Under the pieces are notes generated by a model. It was not told the DNA's origin and did no database searches. It worked only from the letters and a program-made list of their open reading frames with translations. A program made the position numbers and the translations under genes. Positions 1 through 10,528 of a stretch of 64,000 nucleotides of DNA are shown in pieces. Position 1 is the first letter of the stretch. The number at the start of each line of letters is the position of its first letter. Source of the DNA: Rhodocyclaceae bacterium UBA5602 (GTDB taxonomy: Bacteria; Pseudomonadota; Gammaproteobacteria; Burkholderiales; Rhodocyclaceae); the NCBI GenBank assembly GCA_002424865.1, contig DILC01000044.1, positions 40,661 to 104,660 of the forward strand, written 5' to 3'.

Positions 1-2
1 TT

Positions 3-872
3 GTCGCAGCGGGCGATCACGGCGCAGCACGCGCCGGGGTTTCTGCTTATCCGCAAGAAGTCACCTGGCAGATGGTGGAGAACTTTTTGGCCGGCGGCGC
101 GGCGATCAATGTGCTGGCGCGGCAAGCCAACGCGCAGCTAGTCATTGCGGATGCAGGGGTCGCACACGCGTTTGGCGAACGTGCTGGATTGCTTGACGTA
201 AAAGTCGGCGCTGACGGGACGGCGAATTACCTTGAGGGTGCGGCCATGACTGCCGACCAATGTGCCCAAGCGATGCAGCACGGTGTCGATATCGTCTCAA
301 ACCTGGCTGCAACGGGTTGCAACACGCTGGGTTTTGGCGAAATGGGTATCGGCAATACGGCGTCGGCTTCCTTGCTCACGCATTGTTTAACCGGCTTGGC
401 ATTGGATGACGTGATCGGCCGTGGCACAGGTTTGGATGATGAAGGCCTGGCAAGAAAACGCGCTTTGCTGGCGCAAGCCGTAGCGCTTTGGCCAGCAGCC
501 GGCATGGCGACAAAAGATGTCCTGGCCCGCTTTGGCGGTTTTGAAATTGCCCTGTTAAGTGGCGCCATGCTAGCAGCAGCCGCTAAGCACATGGTGTTGG
601 TGATTGATGGTTTCATTGTCACTAGCGCCCTGCTTGTCGCGGCTCGGATGTCCCCTGAAATTCTCGACTATTGTGTGTTTTCCCACTATTCCAATGAAGC
701 GGGACACAGACTGCAACTGGATTACCTGGATGCTAAACCTTTGCTGAACTTGGACTTGCGCTTGGGCGAAGGCACGGGAGCCGCCCTGGCCTTGCCGCTG
801 CTTGCCGCCGCTTGCGCTGTACTCAATGAGATGGCGAGCTTTGATTCAGCAGGTGTGAGCCAGGCAGATTGA
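3..872 (+). CDS. cobT: Nicotinate-nucleotide--dimethylbenzimidazole phosphoribosyltransferase (5' truncated by window)
   Basis: Frame open from base 3 ([19 protein letters not shown]); GEMGIGNT and LRLGEGTGA motifs; followed by cobS. Confidence 0.95.
   Translation, partial: VAAGDHGAARAGVSAYPQEVTWQMVENFLAGGAAINVLARQANAQLVIADAGVAHAFGERAGLLDVKVGADGTANYLEGAAMTADQCAQAMQHGVDIVSNLAATGCNTLGFGEMGIGNTASASLLTHCLTGLALDDVIGRGTGLDDEGLARKRALLAQAVALWPAAGMATKDVLARFGGFEIALLSGAMLAAAAKHMVLVIDGFIVTSALLVAARMSPEILDYCVFSHYSNEAGHRLQLDYLDAKPLLNLDLRLGEGTGAALALPLLAAACAVLNEMASFDSAGVSQAD
201..224 (+). repeat. 24-bp dispersed motif copy (in cobT)
   Basis: AAAGTCGGCGCTGACGGGACGGCG, 22/24 to consensus; encodes KVGADGTA. 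Confidence 0.85.
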
Positions 873-884
873 CGAAGAACCCCC

Positions 885-1676
885 ATGACAACCAAGACCT
901 TGCAATGGCTACGCAATCAACTCATCTACTTTTTTGCCGCGCTGCGCTTTTTCACCCGCCTGCCCGTGCCGGCCTGGGTGGGGCATAGCCAGGAACAGCT
1001 CAACCACGCTGCACGTTACTTTCCATTGGTCGGTGCCGTCGTCGGGCTGATCGCTGCGGCTGTCACACTCCTGGCGGCCAAGGTCTTGCCTTTAACGCTG
1101 GCGGTCGTGCTGGGCATGGCGGCGAGTATTTTAGCCACCGGTGCGTTTCATGAAGACGGCTTTGCCGATGCCTGCGATGGCTTTGGCGGCGGCCGGGATA
1201 AAGCGCAAATCCTGTCCATCATGAAAGACGCCCGCGTGGGCAGCTATGCCACGATAGGCGTGGTGCTGATTTTGTTAGCCAAATGGAACAGCTTGCTGGA
1301 GATGGCCTATCAATGGCATATCTATTCTCTGTGTGCGGCGATTGTGGCCGGACACACGGTGTCACGCCTGGCCTCCACCATCCTCATCTTTAATCTGGAC
1401 TACGTGCGCGATGACGCAAGCGCCAAATCCAAACCCTTGGCCGTGCGCCTGGCACCGCATGAATTAGCGCTTGCCGCCTTTTTTGGCTTGGCGCCTTGTG
1501 TGCTGTTGCCAGCCATCCCACTGGCCATTGCCTTGCTGGCTGTTGCGCTATGCACCTGGTTGGCCGCCCGCTATTTTGTGCGTCATCTGGGCGGTTACAC
1601 GGGAGATTGCCTGGGTGCGACTCAGCAACTCGCCGAACTGCTTTTTTACCTGGGATTGCTGTGCAGCTATACCTGA
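885..1676 (+). CDS. cobS: Adenosylcobinamide-GDP ribazoletransferase (cobalamin synthase)
   Basis: [31 protein letters not shown] and [10 protein letters not shown] motifs; hydrophobic. Confidence 0.95.
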   Translation: MTTKTLQWLRNQLIYFFAALRFFTRLPVPAWVGHSQEQLNHAARYFPLVGAVVGLIAAAVTLLAAKVLPLTLAVVLGMAASILATGAFHEDGFADACDGFGGGRDKAQILSIMKDARVGSYATIGVVLILLAKWNSLLEMAYQWHIYSLCAAIVAGHTVSRLASTILIFNLDYVRDDASAKSKPLAVRLAPHELALAAFFGLAPCVLLPAIPLAIALLAVALCTWLAARYFVRHLGGYTGDCLGATQQLAELLFYLGLLCSYT

Positions 1677-2212
1677 TTCGCCACCCGCAACCCGATGTCA
1701 GGGAAGGCATGTGCTACGGCGCAAGCGATCTGCCCTTGCGTGACAGCGAGGAAAATCTTCAGGCTCTCGCCGCATCAATAAGGGCCCAGCTGCCAGAAGA
1801 CTTGACTGTCTATACCAGCCCCCTCACGCGCTGCCGTTTGCTGGCCGAAGCCTTGCACCCTGCCCCGTTAAGCGATACGCGCCTCAGGGAGATGGACTTT
1901 GGCGCCTGGGAAATGCATGCGTGGGATGAGATTGATCGCGATACGCTCACCGCCTGGGCCAGTAATCCGACAGGGTTTACCCCGCCGCAAGGTGAATCAG
2001 CCGCTCAACTGCAAGCCCGCGTGCATGATTTTCTGGCTGAACTAGAAGCACAACGCAAGCTAAGCCAAAGCGCAGATCAACTTGCTTTAGTCACCCATGC
2101 GGGCGTGATGAAAGTCATTATCGGCTTAGCCCATGGCATGGCGCCTGCTGAATGGATGAGGCTGAAATTTGACTTTGCCAGTGTCGTGACAGTCAATCTG
2201 TCGGCAGGATGA
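1661..2212 (+). CDS. cobC: Alpha-ribazole phosphatase / histidine phosphatase family
   Basis: GTG start at 1661 gives (M)[24 protein letters not shown] and VTHAGV motifs; cob context. Confidence 0.85.
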   Translation: MQLYLIRHPQPDVREGMCYGASDLPLRDSEENLQALAASIRAQLPEDLTVYTSPLTRCRLLAEALHPAPLSDTRLREMDFGAWEMHAWDEIDRDTLTAWASNPTGFTPPQGESAAQLQARVHDFLAELEAQRKLSQSADQLALVTHAGVMKVIIGLAHGMAPAEWMRLKFDFASVVTVNLSAG

Positions 2213-2241
2213 ATCGCGCGCCGGCAAGGCTGGGGTTCCCT

Positions 2242-2294
2242 TGATTTTGCACAGGACGAACGGACATCAAGCCGGACATCAAACATATGCTGGC
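2242..2294 (+). repeat. 41-bp dispersed repeat, copy 1 (with 12-nt internal duplication)
   Basis: TGATTTTGCACAGGACGAACGGACATCAA[GCCGGACATCAA]ACATATGCTGGC matches the reverse complement of 49380-49420. Confidence 0.85.
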
Positions 2295-2317
2295 CGGATC
2301 AATAAAATACTGCCCAA

Positions 2318-2890
2318 TTACTCAGGCATGGGCCAAGAACCGTTAATAATCTTTTCCGCCCACAGGAGTGCCGTGATGGTTTTGGCATCGGTAATCTCAC
2401 CGTCCCGCACCGCCATCAAGGCATCAGCAACACCCATTTCGATCAATTCCAGAAACTCGCCATGGTCGCGCTCATGGCCAACATAGATCAAGCCTTCAGC
2501 CCAGAATATGTCTATCTTTTCGTCCGAATAACCGATGCAGGGATGCATCACTCCCAAGTGCCGCCATACCTTGGCTTGATAGCCCGTTTCTTCGCGCAAC
2601 TCACGCTTGGCTGTGTCCAGCGGATGCTCGCTAGGGTCAATCTTGCCAGCGGGCAGCTCTAAAAAAACACGGTGCAGCGCGTAACGGTACTGGCGCTCGA
2701 ACAAGAGTTGTCCGTTATCGAGCAAAGCCACAATAACCACAGCCCCAGGATGCGCTATCCATTCACGCACGGCGGGCTGACCGTCGGGCAAACGCACTTG
2801 ATCCCGACGCACTTGCAGCAGCTTGCCGTCAAAGACCGGCTCGCTCGAAACAGTATGTTCAATGAGCTGGCCGTCGCCTTTATCAGTCAT
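2318..2890 (-). CDS. nudF: Nudix hydrolase, ADP-ribose pyrophosphatase-like
   Basis: Nudix box ELPAGKIDPSEHPLDTAKRELREETG; C-terminal GEITDAKT. Confidence 0.8.
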   Translation of the reverse strand: MTDKGDGQLIEHTVSSEPVFDGKLLQVRRDQVRLPDGQPAVREWIAHPGAVVIVALLDNGQLLFERQYRYALHRVFLELPAGKIDPSEHPLDTAKRELREETGYQAKVWRHLGVMHPCIGYSDEKIDIFWAEGLIYVGHERDHGEFLELIEMGVADALMAVRDGEITDAKTITALLWAEKIINGSWPMPE

Positions 2891-2956
2891 GACGCCTGAT
2901 GTTTACAATCTGGGTGGATAGGGCAGTTGACGTTGATTGGAAAAACGCCGAGCAAC

Positions 2957-4441
2957 TTAAAGTGAATGCAGCAGAACCGCCGTACACAACGACATCACCG
3001 CGTCGGGGAATAATCCAAACGCTGCCACGGCAATACCGTTAAGCGAGAGCAGGATGCGAAAACTTGTGCGTGCCAGCAAGGGTGTCTTATCCTCTGCCGC
3101 ATCGAAATACATGAGCTTAACGACGCGCAGATAATAAAACGCGCCGACCAGGGAAAACATCACCGCGCCAATGGCCACATACAAATGCCCGGCTTTAATG
3201 GCTGCGGTCAGCACAGCGAACTTGGCAAAAAAGCCGATAAAGAATGGAATACCTGCCATGGAAAGCATAAATATCAGCATCATGCCGGCAAACCATGGGC
3301 TGCGCTGGTTCAAACCCTTGAAGTCATCCAGTTCTTCCGCTTCATGGCCTGCGCGGGACAGCAATAACACCATGCCAAAAGAACCCAGAGACATGAGTAC
3401 ATACGCCAGAGTGTAGTACAGCGATGAGCTATACGCGTTAATTGCCGTAAAAGGGTCTACCTCTTTGCCAATGACGCCAGAAGTCAAGCCGAGCAACATG
3501 AAACCCATGTGCGAAATGGCGGAATAAGCCAACATGCGTTTGATATTCTTTTGCGCAATGGCGGCCAAGTTCCCAAGGGCAATCGAGAGCACGGCCATGA
3601 TCAACAACATCTGCTGCCATTCTGCGACCACGGCAAACAAGGCATACACCAGCAAACGCAGGATCATGGCAAAAGCGGCAAATTTGGGCGCCGTGCCGAT
3701 CAGCATCGTCACCACGGTCGGTGCGCCGTGATACACATCGGGAATCCACATGTGGAATGGCACCACGCCGAGCTTGAAAGCAATGCCCGCCACGATGAAG
3801 ACCAGTCCGAAAACAAGTACCGTTTTATCTGCCTGGCCCTGATACAACACCTGCGAAATATCGGCGATATTGAGGTTGCCCGTTGCGCCATAGACCATGG
3901 ACATGCCATACAGCAACAAGCCGGAAGCCAGGGCGCCCAGCACAAAATACTTCATGGCCGCTTCTGTTGCCCGCTTGGAGTCCCGGTCTATCGCAACCAA
4001 GGCGTAGAGCGACAAGGACATCAGCTCCAGGCCCAAATAAAGCGTTAACAGGCTGGCGGCAGAAATCATCACCATCATGCCCAGGGTGGCAAACAGCACA
4101 AGCAGATAAAACTCGCCTTTGTCCAGGCCGCGCACAACAAGATACTGGCGGCCATACACCAGCACCATGATGACAGACAGATAAGCCATCAATTTGAGAA
4201 AGTCACTCAACAAATCATCCACAAATAAATTGCTCATGGTTAACGCGGTCTGGCCATCGGCCGTCATTACCGTTAACGCAGCACAACCCAGCAAGGTGAT
4301 GATGCTTAGCGCAAAAGCGACCCAACGCTGGGTCTTGCCTAACACCAAATCAGCCAACAAGATGACAAATGACATCGACAACAGAAGAATTTCTGGTGCG
4401 AGGGGATAAAAGTCGGGAACTACGAAATTATTCAGCATCAA
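2957..4441 (-). CDS. nuoN: NADH-quinone oxidoreductase subunit N
   Basis: [27 protein letters not shown]; last gene of nuo operon. Confidence 0.97.
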   Translation of the reverse strand: MMLNNFVVPDFYPLAPEILLLSMSFVILLADLVLGKTQRWVAFALSIITLLGCAALTVMTADGQTALTMSNLFVDDLLSDFLKLMAYLSVIMVLVYGRQYLVVRGLDKGEFYLLVLFATLGMMVMISAASLLTLYLGLELMSLSLYALVAIDRDSKRATEAAMKYFVLGALASGLLLYGMSMVYGATGNLNIADISQVLYQGQADKTVLVFGLVFIVAGIAFKLGVVPFHMWIPDVYHGAPTVVTMLIGTAPKFAAFAMILRLLVYALFAVVAEWQQMLLIMAVLSIALGNLAAIAQKNIKRMLAYSAISHMGFMLLGLTSGVIGKEVDPFTAINAYSSSLYYTLAYVLMSLGSFGMVLLLSRAGHEAEELDDFKGLNQRSPWFAGMMLIFMLSMAGIPFFIGFFAKFAVLTAAIKAGHLYVAIGAVMFSLVGAFYYLRVVKLMYFDAAEDKTPLLARTSFRILLSLNGIAVAAFGLFPDAVMSLCTAVLLHSL

Positions 4442-4476
4442 ATTTCTCGGTTATCTCAGCGTTGAGTCATCGGGTA

Positions 4477-5952
4477 TTAAAGCTTGCTCACTGCCACATG
4501 CTTCAACAGATTATCGACTGATGTGTGCATCACTTCAGTGAATGGATAAGGGTATAGCCCCATGGCCAATACACAAACCGCAAGCAGCGCCAGAATCAGG
4601 AATTCGCGCCGGCCAATATCAGTTAACTCAGCCACATGGGGATTCGTAATCTCACCGAATATCACCCGCTTGTACATCCATAAAGTGTAAGCGGCGCCCA
4701 GAATGAGCGTGACAGCCGCTGCCGCGCCGGTGAAGAAATTGAATTTCACGGCACCGAGTATCACCATGAACTCCCCCACAAAGCCGGAGGTGGCTGGCAA
4801 ACCGGCATTTGCCATGGAAAACAACATAAAAAAAGCCGCAAACTTGGGCATGGTGTTCACCACACCACCGTAATCCGCGATTTGACGTGAGTGCATGCGG
4901 TCATACATCACGCCGATACACAAGAACATGGCGGCGGATACAAAACCATGCGAGATCATCTGCACCAGCGCGCCTTCAATGCCGAGAGAATTAAAGATAA
5001 AAAAGCCCAGCGTAACAAAGCCCATGTGCGAGATGGATGAATAGGCCACCAGTTTTTTCATGTCCGCTTGAACCAGGGCAACAAAGCCGATGTAAATGAT
5101 CGCGGTCAGCGATAACGCAATCATCACAGGGGCCAAATAATGGCTCGCATCTGGCGCGATAGGCAGGGAAAAGCGTAGAAACCCGTAAGCACCGAGCTTC
5201 AAGGCGATCGCAGCGAGGACCACGGAACCACCGGTAGGCGCTTCAACGTGGGCGTCAGGCAACCAAGTATGCACGGGCCACATGGGCACCTTGACGGCAA
5301 ACGAAACCAGGAAGGCGATGAAAATCAAAATCTGCGGCGCCATGCCGATTTTGAGCTGATGCCAGTCCAGAATATTTGCGCTGCCACCCGCATCCAGGAA
5401 GAGCCAGATCAAGGCAACCAGCATGAGCAAAGAGCCCAGCAAGGTGTAGAGGAAGAATTTGACCGCGGCATACACGCGATTCGGCCCGCCCCATACGCCG
5501 ATAATCAGATACATCGGGATCAGTGACGCTTCAAAAAAGACATAAAACAGCACCCCATCGAGGGCACTGAAAATGCCGTTCATCAAGCCGGACATGATCA
5601 AAAATGCCGCCATGTATTGCGCTTGTTTCGTGGCAATCACTTCCCAGCCGGCTAACACCACCATTATGGTGATGAAGCTGTTGAGCAGAATAAAAGGCAT
5701 GGATATCCCATCCACCCCCAGCAGATATTGCAAATTAAACCGCGGCACCCACGGCGCTTGCTCGACAAACTGCATGCCGACAACCGCAGGATCAAAACCG
5801 ATGTACAAGGGAATGGTCACGAGCAAACCAGCAATGGCCACGGCCAGGGACAGCCAGCGAACTAAAAAACGGCGCTCCGACCCAAGCAACAGCACGGGGA
5901 TTGCACCCAGAATGGGAACCCAGATGGCTAAACTCAATAAATACGCACTCAT
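4477..5952 (-). CDS. nuoM: NADH-quinone oxidoreductase subunit M
   Basis: VKVPMWPVHTWLPDAHVEAPT motif. Confidence 0.97.
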   Translation of the reverse strand: MSAYLLSLAIWVPILGAIPVLLLGSERRFLVRWLSLAVAIAGLLVTIPLYIGFDPAVVGMQFVEQAPWVPRFNLQYLLGVDGISMPFILLNSFITIMVVLAGWEVIATKQAQYMAAFLIMSGLMNGIFSALDGVLFYVFFEASLIPMYLIIGVWGGPNRVYAAVKFFLYTLLGSLLMLVALIWLFLDAGGSANILDWHQLKIGMAPQILIFIAFLVSFAVKVPMWPVHTWLPDAHVEAPTGGSVVLAAIALKLGAYGFLRFSLPIAPDASHYLAPVMIALSLTAIIYIGFVALVQADMKKLVAYSSISHMGFVTLGFFIFNSLGIEGALVQMISHGFVSAAMFLCIGVMYDRMHSRQIADYGGVVNTMPKFAAFFMLFSMANAGLPATSGFVGEFMVILGAVKFNFFTGAAAAVTLILGAAYTLWMYKRVIFGEITNPHVAELTDIGRREFLILALLAVCVLAMGLYPYPFTEVMHTSVDNLLKHVAVSKL

Positions 5953-5961
5953 GTGGCTATC

Positions 5962-7956
5962 TCAGACCCGGTTAAACCAATACAAAAAATACGTCAGCAA
6001 TGCGACGACGCCAAATATCATTCCGAATGCATACTGGTAAATATGTCCGGTTTGCAGTTTGCGCACAACGCCCGCAAGCCAGCCAACGAACCTGGCCGAG
6101 CCATTGACAACCAGGCCGTCAATCAGCATCTGATCGCCACCTTTCCACAAGCCACGGCCTAGCAAGCGCGCGCCCCCCGCGAAGACCACTTCATTGAACT
6201 TGTCAAAATAGTATTTATTTTCCAGCAGGATATAGACTGGCTTGACTGATTTTTGAATCGTTGCAGGAATATCCGGCCGCTTGAGATAAAAGAGCCACGA
6301 CAAGCCAACGCCGCTCATGGCCAATATGAACGGCAAACTGGTCAGCCCATGGATCGCCATGGCAAAAGCCCCATGGAACTCTTCTGCCAGGAGTGATACT
6401 GCGGGATGTTTAACCGCATCAATGGTGATCGCCGAAGCAAACCATTCGCCATACAGCATGGGCTGGATAGTGAAATAGCCAATCAACACCGAGGGAATCG
6501 CCAGCAGGATGAGTGGCAAAGTCACGACCCACGGTGATTCATGCGGCTTGCCAGAACCATGCTGATCATCATGGCCATGATGGGGGCCATGTGGTGCCTG
6601 ATCAAAGCGCTCAGTACCATGAAACACCATGAAGTACATGCGGAAAGAATAAAACGCGGTGACAAACACACCAGCCATCACGGAGAAATACGCAAACCCG
6701 CTACCCCAGATATGGGAGGCGTGCACGGCTTCGATGATCGAGTCTTTCGAATAAAAACCGGAGAAAAATGGAAAGCCGATCAAGGCGAGCGAACCCAGCA
6801 ATGACGTCATCCAGGTAATCGGCATGTATTTCCTCAAGCCTCCCATGTAGCGCATGTCCTGGTTATGGTGGCAGCCCATGATGACCGAGCCTGCGCCTAA
6901 AAATAACAGTGCTTTAAAGAAAGCATGCGTCATCAAATGGAATACGGCAATCGGATAAGCTGACACACCCAGCGCAACCGTCATGTAGCCCAATTGGGAC
7001 AAGGTTGAATAGGCCACCACGCGTTTGATGTCATTTTGGATGATGCCCAAAAAGCCCATGAACAACGCGGTGACAGAACCAATCACCAGCACAAAAGACA
7101 AGGCCACGTCAGATAACTCAAACAAGGGCGACATGCGGGTCACCATGAAAATACCGGCCGTCACCATGGTCGCCGCATGAATCAGGGCTGAAATCGGCGT
7201 TGGGCCTTCCATCGAGTCAGGCAGCCAGACATGCAGGGGCACTTGCGCTGATTTACCCATGGCACCAATAAAAAGACAAATGCAAATTGCCGTCATCAAC
7301 GGCCATTGCGTGACCGTTTCCGTCATCGCCGCCAATTCGTTGCGCTTGGCAAACACCTCAGCGTAGTCCAAGCTGCCTGCATAAGCGGCAATGAGGGCGA
7401 TGCCGAGCAAAAAGCCAAAATCGCCTACCCGATTCACCAGAAAGGCTTTCAGGTTGGCGTAAATCGCGGTGGGCCGCTTGTACCAGAAGCCAATCAGCAG
7501 GTAGGAGACCAGGCCTACAGCCTCCCAACCGAAAAACAGCTGGACAAAATTGTTGCTCATCACCAGTATCAGCATCGAGAAGGTGAATAAGGAGATGTAG
7601 CTAAAAAACCGCTGGTACCCCGGATCATCCGCCATATAACCGATGGTGTAGATATGCACCATGAGCGAGACAAAGGTGACGACCAGCATCATCATCACAG
7701 TGAGCGGATCAATCAGGAATCCGACATGCAAGGACAAGCCGCCAGACTCAAGCCAGGTATAGACCGAACCATTGAAATGGTGTCCTGCTTGCACGTCTTG
7801 AAAGATCACCACGGATGCGGTCAAGGCAACCAGCACCCCCATAATGGTGACCACGTGCGCACCGGTACGGCCAATGAGCCTGCCAAACAGTCCAGCCAGG
7901 AGCGCACCTGCCAAAGGCGCGAGCGGAACCAGCAGATAAAGGGTTTTCATGTCCAT
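5962..7956 (-). CDS. nuoL: NADH-quinone oxidoreductase subunit L
   Basis: GKSAQVPLHVWLPDSMEGPTPISALIHAATMV motif. Confidence 0.97.
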   Translation of the reverse strand: MDMKTLYLLVPLAPLAGALLAGLFGRLIGRTGAHVVTIMGVLVALTASVVIFQDVQAGHHFNGSVYTWLESGGLSLHVGFLIDPLTVMMMLVVTFVSLMVHIYTIGYMADDPGYQRFFSYISLFTFSMLILVMSNNFVQLFFGWEAVGLVSYLLIGFWYKRPTAIYANLKAFLVNRVGDFGFLLGIALIAAYAGSLDYAEVFAKRNELAAMTETVTQWPLMTAICICLFIGAMGKSAQVPLHVWLPDSMEGPTPISALIHAATMVTAGIFMVTRMSPLFELSDVALSFVLVIGSVTALFMGFLGIIQNDIKRVVAYSTLSQLGYMTVALGVSAYPIAVFHLMTHAFFKALLFLGAGSVIMGCHHNQDMRYMGGLRKYMPITWMTSLLGSLALIGFPFFSGFYSKDSIIEAVHASHIWGSGFAYFSVMAGVFVTAFYSFRMYFMVFHGTERFDQAPHGPHHGHDDQHGSGKPHESPWVVTLPLILLAIPSVLIGYFTIQPMLYGEWFASAITIDAVKHPAVSLLAEEFHGAFAMAIHGLTSLPFILAMSGVGLSWLFYLKRPDIPATIQKSVKPVYILLENKYYFDKFNEVVFAGGARLLGRGLWKGGDQMLIDGLVVNGSARFVGWLAGVVRKLQTGHIYQYAFGMIFGVVALLTYFLYWFNRV

Positions 7957-7959
7957 GGC

Positions 7960-8265
7960 TTACCCCTTTAACTGATCAAGATCATCGACGTGAATCGAAG
8001 ACAGGTTACGGAACAACACGACCAGAATCGCTAGGCCAATACCCGCTTCGGCAGCGGCGACAACCAGGATAAAAAAGACAAACAGCTGGCCTGACAAGTT
8101 GTGCAAATAATGCGAGAAAGCAACAAAATTAAGATTGACAGCCAACAGCATGAGTTCGATCGCCATGAGTAAAACAATCAGGTTTTTTCGATTGAGGAAA
8201 ATGCCCACGATGCTGATGGCAAACAAAATCGCCGCAAGCGTTAAATAATGAGAAAGGGAAATCAT
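7960..8265 (-). CDS. nuoK: NADH-quinone oxidoreductase subunit K
   Basis: 101 aa; IELMLLAVN and [11 protein letters not shown]. Confidence 0.97.
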   Translation of the reverse strand: MISLSHYLTLAAILFAISIVGIFLNRKNLIVLLMAIELMLLAVNLNFVAFSHYLHNLSGQLFVFFILVVAAAEAGIGLAILVVLFRNLSSIHVDDLDQLKG

Positions 8266-8939
8266 TGTGATGCACCGCCTTTAGCATCGGTTGCCGTATC
8301 TAACGTAGCCGCCAGGTTTGAAGCATTCGAATCAGTCACCGAGGCCATCTTCACCAGGCGTACACGATCACTGCGCTTGATCGCAATTTGGTCTGCGGGC
8401 CGCATGCCTTTCGTGTCCTTGCGCTCACGCAAAGTCAGCATCACGGCCGCAATAATGGCCACCAGCAAAATCACGGAGGCCAGTTCAAACGGGTAAACAT
8501 AACCGGTGAATAAGCTGCGTGCCAGCGCTTTGGTATTGCTGCCTTCTGCAGTCGCTGCCGCATCGGCCAACTGCGCTGGGAAGTTGTCCAAACCAAAGTA
8601 CGGGCCGGTGAGCACGGCCGCCATCTCGATCACCATGATCCCGCCTACCGCGGCCCCCAGCGGCAAGTGGCGCCAAAAGCCCAAGCGGATTCTTTCGATA
8701 TTGATGTCCAGCATCATGACCACGAATAAAAACAGCACCATGACCGCGCCGACATACACCATGATCAGGGCGATGGCTAAAAATTCAGCCTGCAGCAGCA
8801 GCCATAAGCCTGCAGCGTTAAAAAACGCCAGGACAAGGAACAGCACGGCATGCACCGGGTTGCGTGCGGTAATGACACGCAGCGCAGAAAACAACATCAC
8901 CGCTGCAAAGAGATAAAAAAGAAAGGATGTAAATTCCAT
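8262..8939 (-). CDS. nuoJ: NADH-quinone oxidoreductase subunit J
   Basis: [33 protein letters not shown]. Confidence 0.96.
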   Translation of the reverse strand: MEFTSFLFYLFAAVMLFSALRVITARNPVHAVLFLVLAFFNAAGLWLLLQAEFLAIALIMVYVGAVMVLFLFVVMMLDINIERIRLGFWRHLPLGAAVGGIMVIEMAAVLTGPYFGLDNFPAQLADAAATAEGSNTKALARSLFTGYVYPFELASVILLVAIIAAVMLTLRERKDTKGMRPADQIAIKRSDRVRLVKMASVTDSNASNLAATLDTATDAKGGASQ

Positions 8940-8951
8940 GGCGCTTATCTG

Positions 8952-9437
8952 TTACCTGAAACGGGCGTCTGCTTCGCGATCAGCCGCAATTTGATCTTCA
9001 TATCGATCGCCAACAGCCAGCAGCATTTGCTTGGTGTAATGCAAATCGCCTCGTGTTTCGCCGTGGTATTCAAACACACGGGTTTCAACGATCGCATCCA
9101 CTGGGCAAGCCTCTTCGCAAAAGCCGCAAAAAATACACTTGACCAAATCAATGTCATAGCGCGTTGTCCGCCGGCTGCCATCGTCACGTTGCGCCGACTC
9201 AATGGTGATGGCCATCGCCGGACAAACGGCTTCACAAAGCTTGCAGGCAATGCAACGCTCCTCACCGTTCGGGTAACGGCGCAAGGCATGCAAGCCACGA
9301 AAGCGGTTGCTTTGCGGCGTTTTTTCTTCTGGAAACTGCACAGTGATTTTTCGCGCAAACATATAACGGCCTGTTACCGCCATACCTTTGAACAGTTCTT
9401 TGAGAAACAAACTGCCAATGAAGTCTTTAGCACCCAT
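8952..9437 (-). CDS. nuoI: NADH-quinone oxidoreductase subunit I
   Basis: Two CxxCxxCxxxCP 4Fe-4S motifs; start taken at ATG 9437 (MGAKDF). Confidence 0.96.
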   Translation of the reverse strand: MGAKDFIGSLFLKELFKGMAVTGRYMFARKITVQFPEEKTPQSNRFRGLHALRRYPNGEERCIACKLCEAVCPAMAITIESAQRDDGSRRTTRYDIDLVKCIFCGFCEEACPVDAIVETRVFEYHGETRGDLHYTKQMLLAVGDRYEDQIAADREADARFR

Positions 9438-9475
9438 AACGCATATCCATAGCAAACTCCTGTTCTGATTTCCGC

Positions 9476-10528
9476 TTATTTCCAGATATTCATGGGCGAC
9501 ATCATCCAGACGCCAACCACCAGAATCCATAATAGCGTCAGCGGAACAAATACCTTCCAGCCCAAACGCATGATCTGGTCATAGCGGTAGCGCGGGAAAG
9601 TGGCACGAATCCATAGGAAGAAAAAGAGGCCCGCGGATATTTTTGCCGCCAGCCAAAATAAGCCATCAGGCAAAAAGCCGACGGGCGACAACCAGCCGCC
9701 AAAGAAGAAGACGGCGACCATGGCCGACACCAGGATCATGTTGGCGTATTCAGCAAGGAAGAATATGGCAAACGACATGCCGGAATACTCCACCATGTGG
9801 CCCGCCACGATTTCGGACTCGCCTTCAACCACATCAAACGGCGCACGATTGAGTTCTGCCACGCCAGAGATCAGATACACAGCAAACACGGGGAGCAATG
9901 GCAACCAGTTCCAGGATAAAAAGCCCGCGCCTTGCGATGCAAAATAACCTTGCGCCTGGCCGCGCACTATCTCGGTCAGGTTCAAGCTGCCAGACACCAT
10001 GAGCACACTGATCAGCGCCAAGCCCATCGCCACTTCGTAAGAAATCATTTGCGCTGACGAGCGCATGGCACCGAGAAATGCGTACTTGGAATTGGACGCC
10101 CATCCCGCGATGATGATGCCATAAACGCCCACGGAGCCAATGGCAAGCAAGTACAACACCCCAGCATCGACATTGGCCAATACCATGCCATCCGCAAACG
10201 GGATCACTGCCCACATGGCAAGCGCGGGCGCAATGGCCATGACAGGGCCAACGATAAAAAGCTTTTTATCGGCAACAGTGGGGAAGATCACCTCTTTGAA
10301 AAACAGTTTGAGGCCGTCTGCCATGGGCTGCAACAAGCCCCACGGGCCGACACGGTTGGGCCCGATGCGCACATGCATCCAGCCGAGCACCTTGCGTTCC
10401 CAAAACGTCAGGTACGCCACGGACAGCAGCAAGGGAATCAGGATCAGCACGATTTTGACCAGGGTCCACACCAGGGGAAATAGCGGACCTAGCCACTGCT
10501 GGATAGTTTCGAGAAGGGCATTCATCAT
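9476..10528 (-). CDS. nuoH: NADH-quinone oxidoreductase subunit H
   Basis: [34 protein letters not shown]. Confidence 0.97.
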   Translation of the reverse strand: MMNALLETIQQWLGPLFPLVWTLVKIVLILIPLLLSVAYLTFWERKVLGWMHVRIGPNRVGPWGLLQPMADGLKLFFKEVIFPTVADKKLFIVGPVMAIAPALAMWAVIPFADGMVLANVDAGVLYLLAIGSVGVYGIIIAGWASNSKYAFLGAMRSSAQMISYEVAMGLALISVLMVSGSLNLTEIVRGQAQGYFASQGAGFLSWNWLPLLPVFAVYLISGVAELNRAPFDVVEGESEIVAGHMVEYSGMSFAIFFLAEYANMILVSAMVAVFFFGGWLSPVGFLPDGLFWLAAKISAGLFFFLWIRATFPRYRYDQIMRLGWKVFVPLTLLWILVVGVWMMSPMNIWK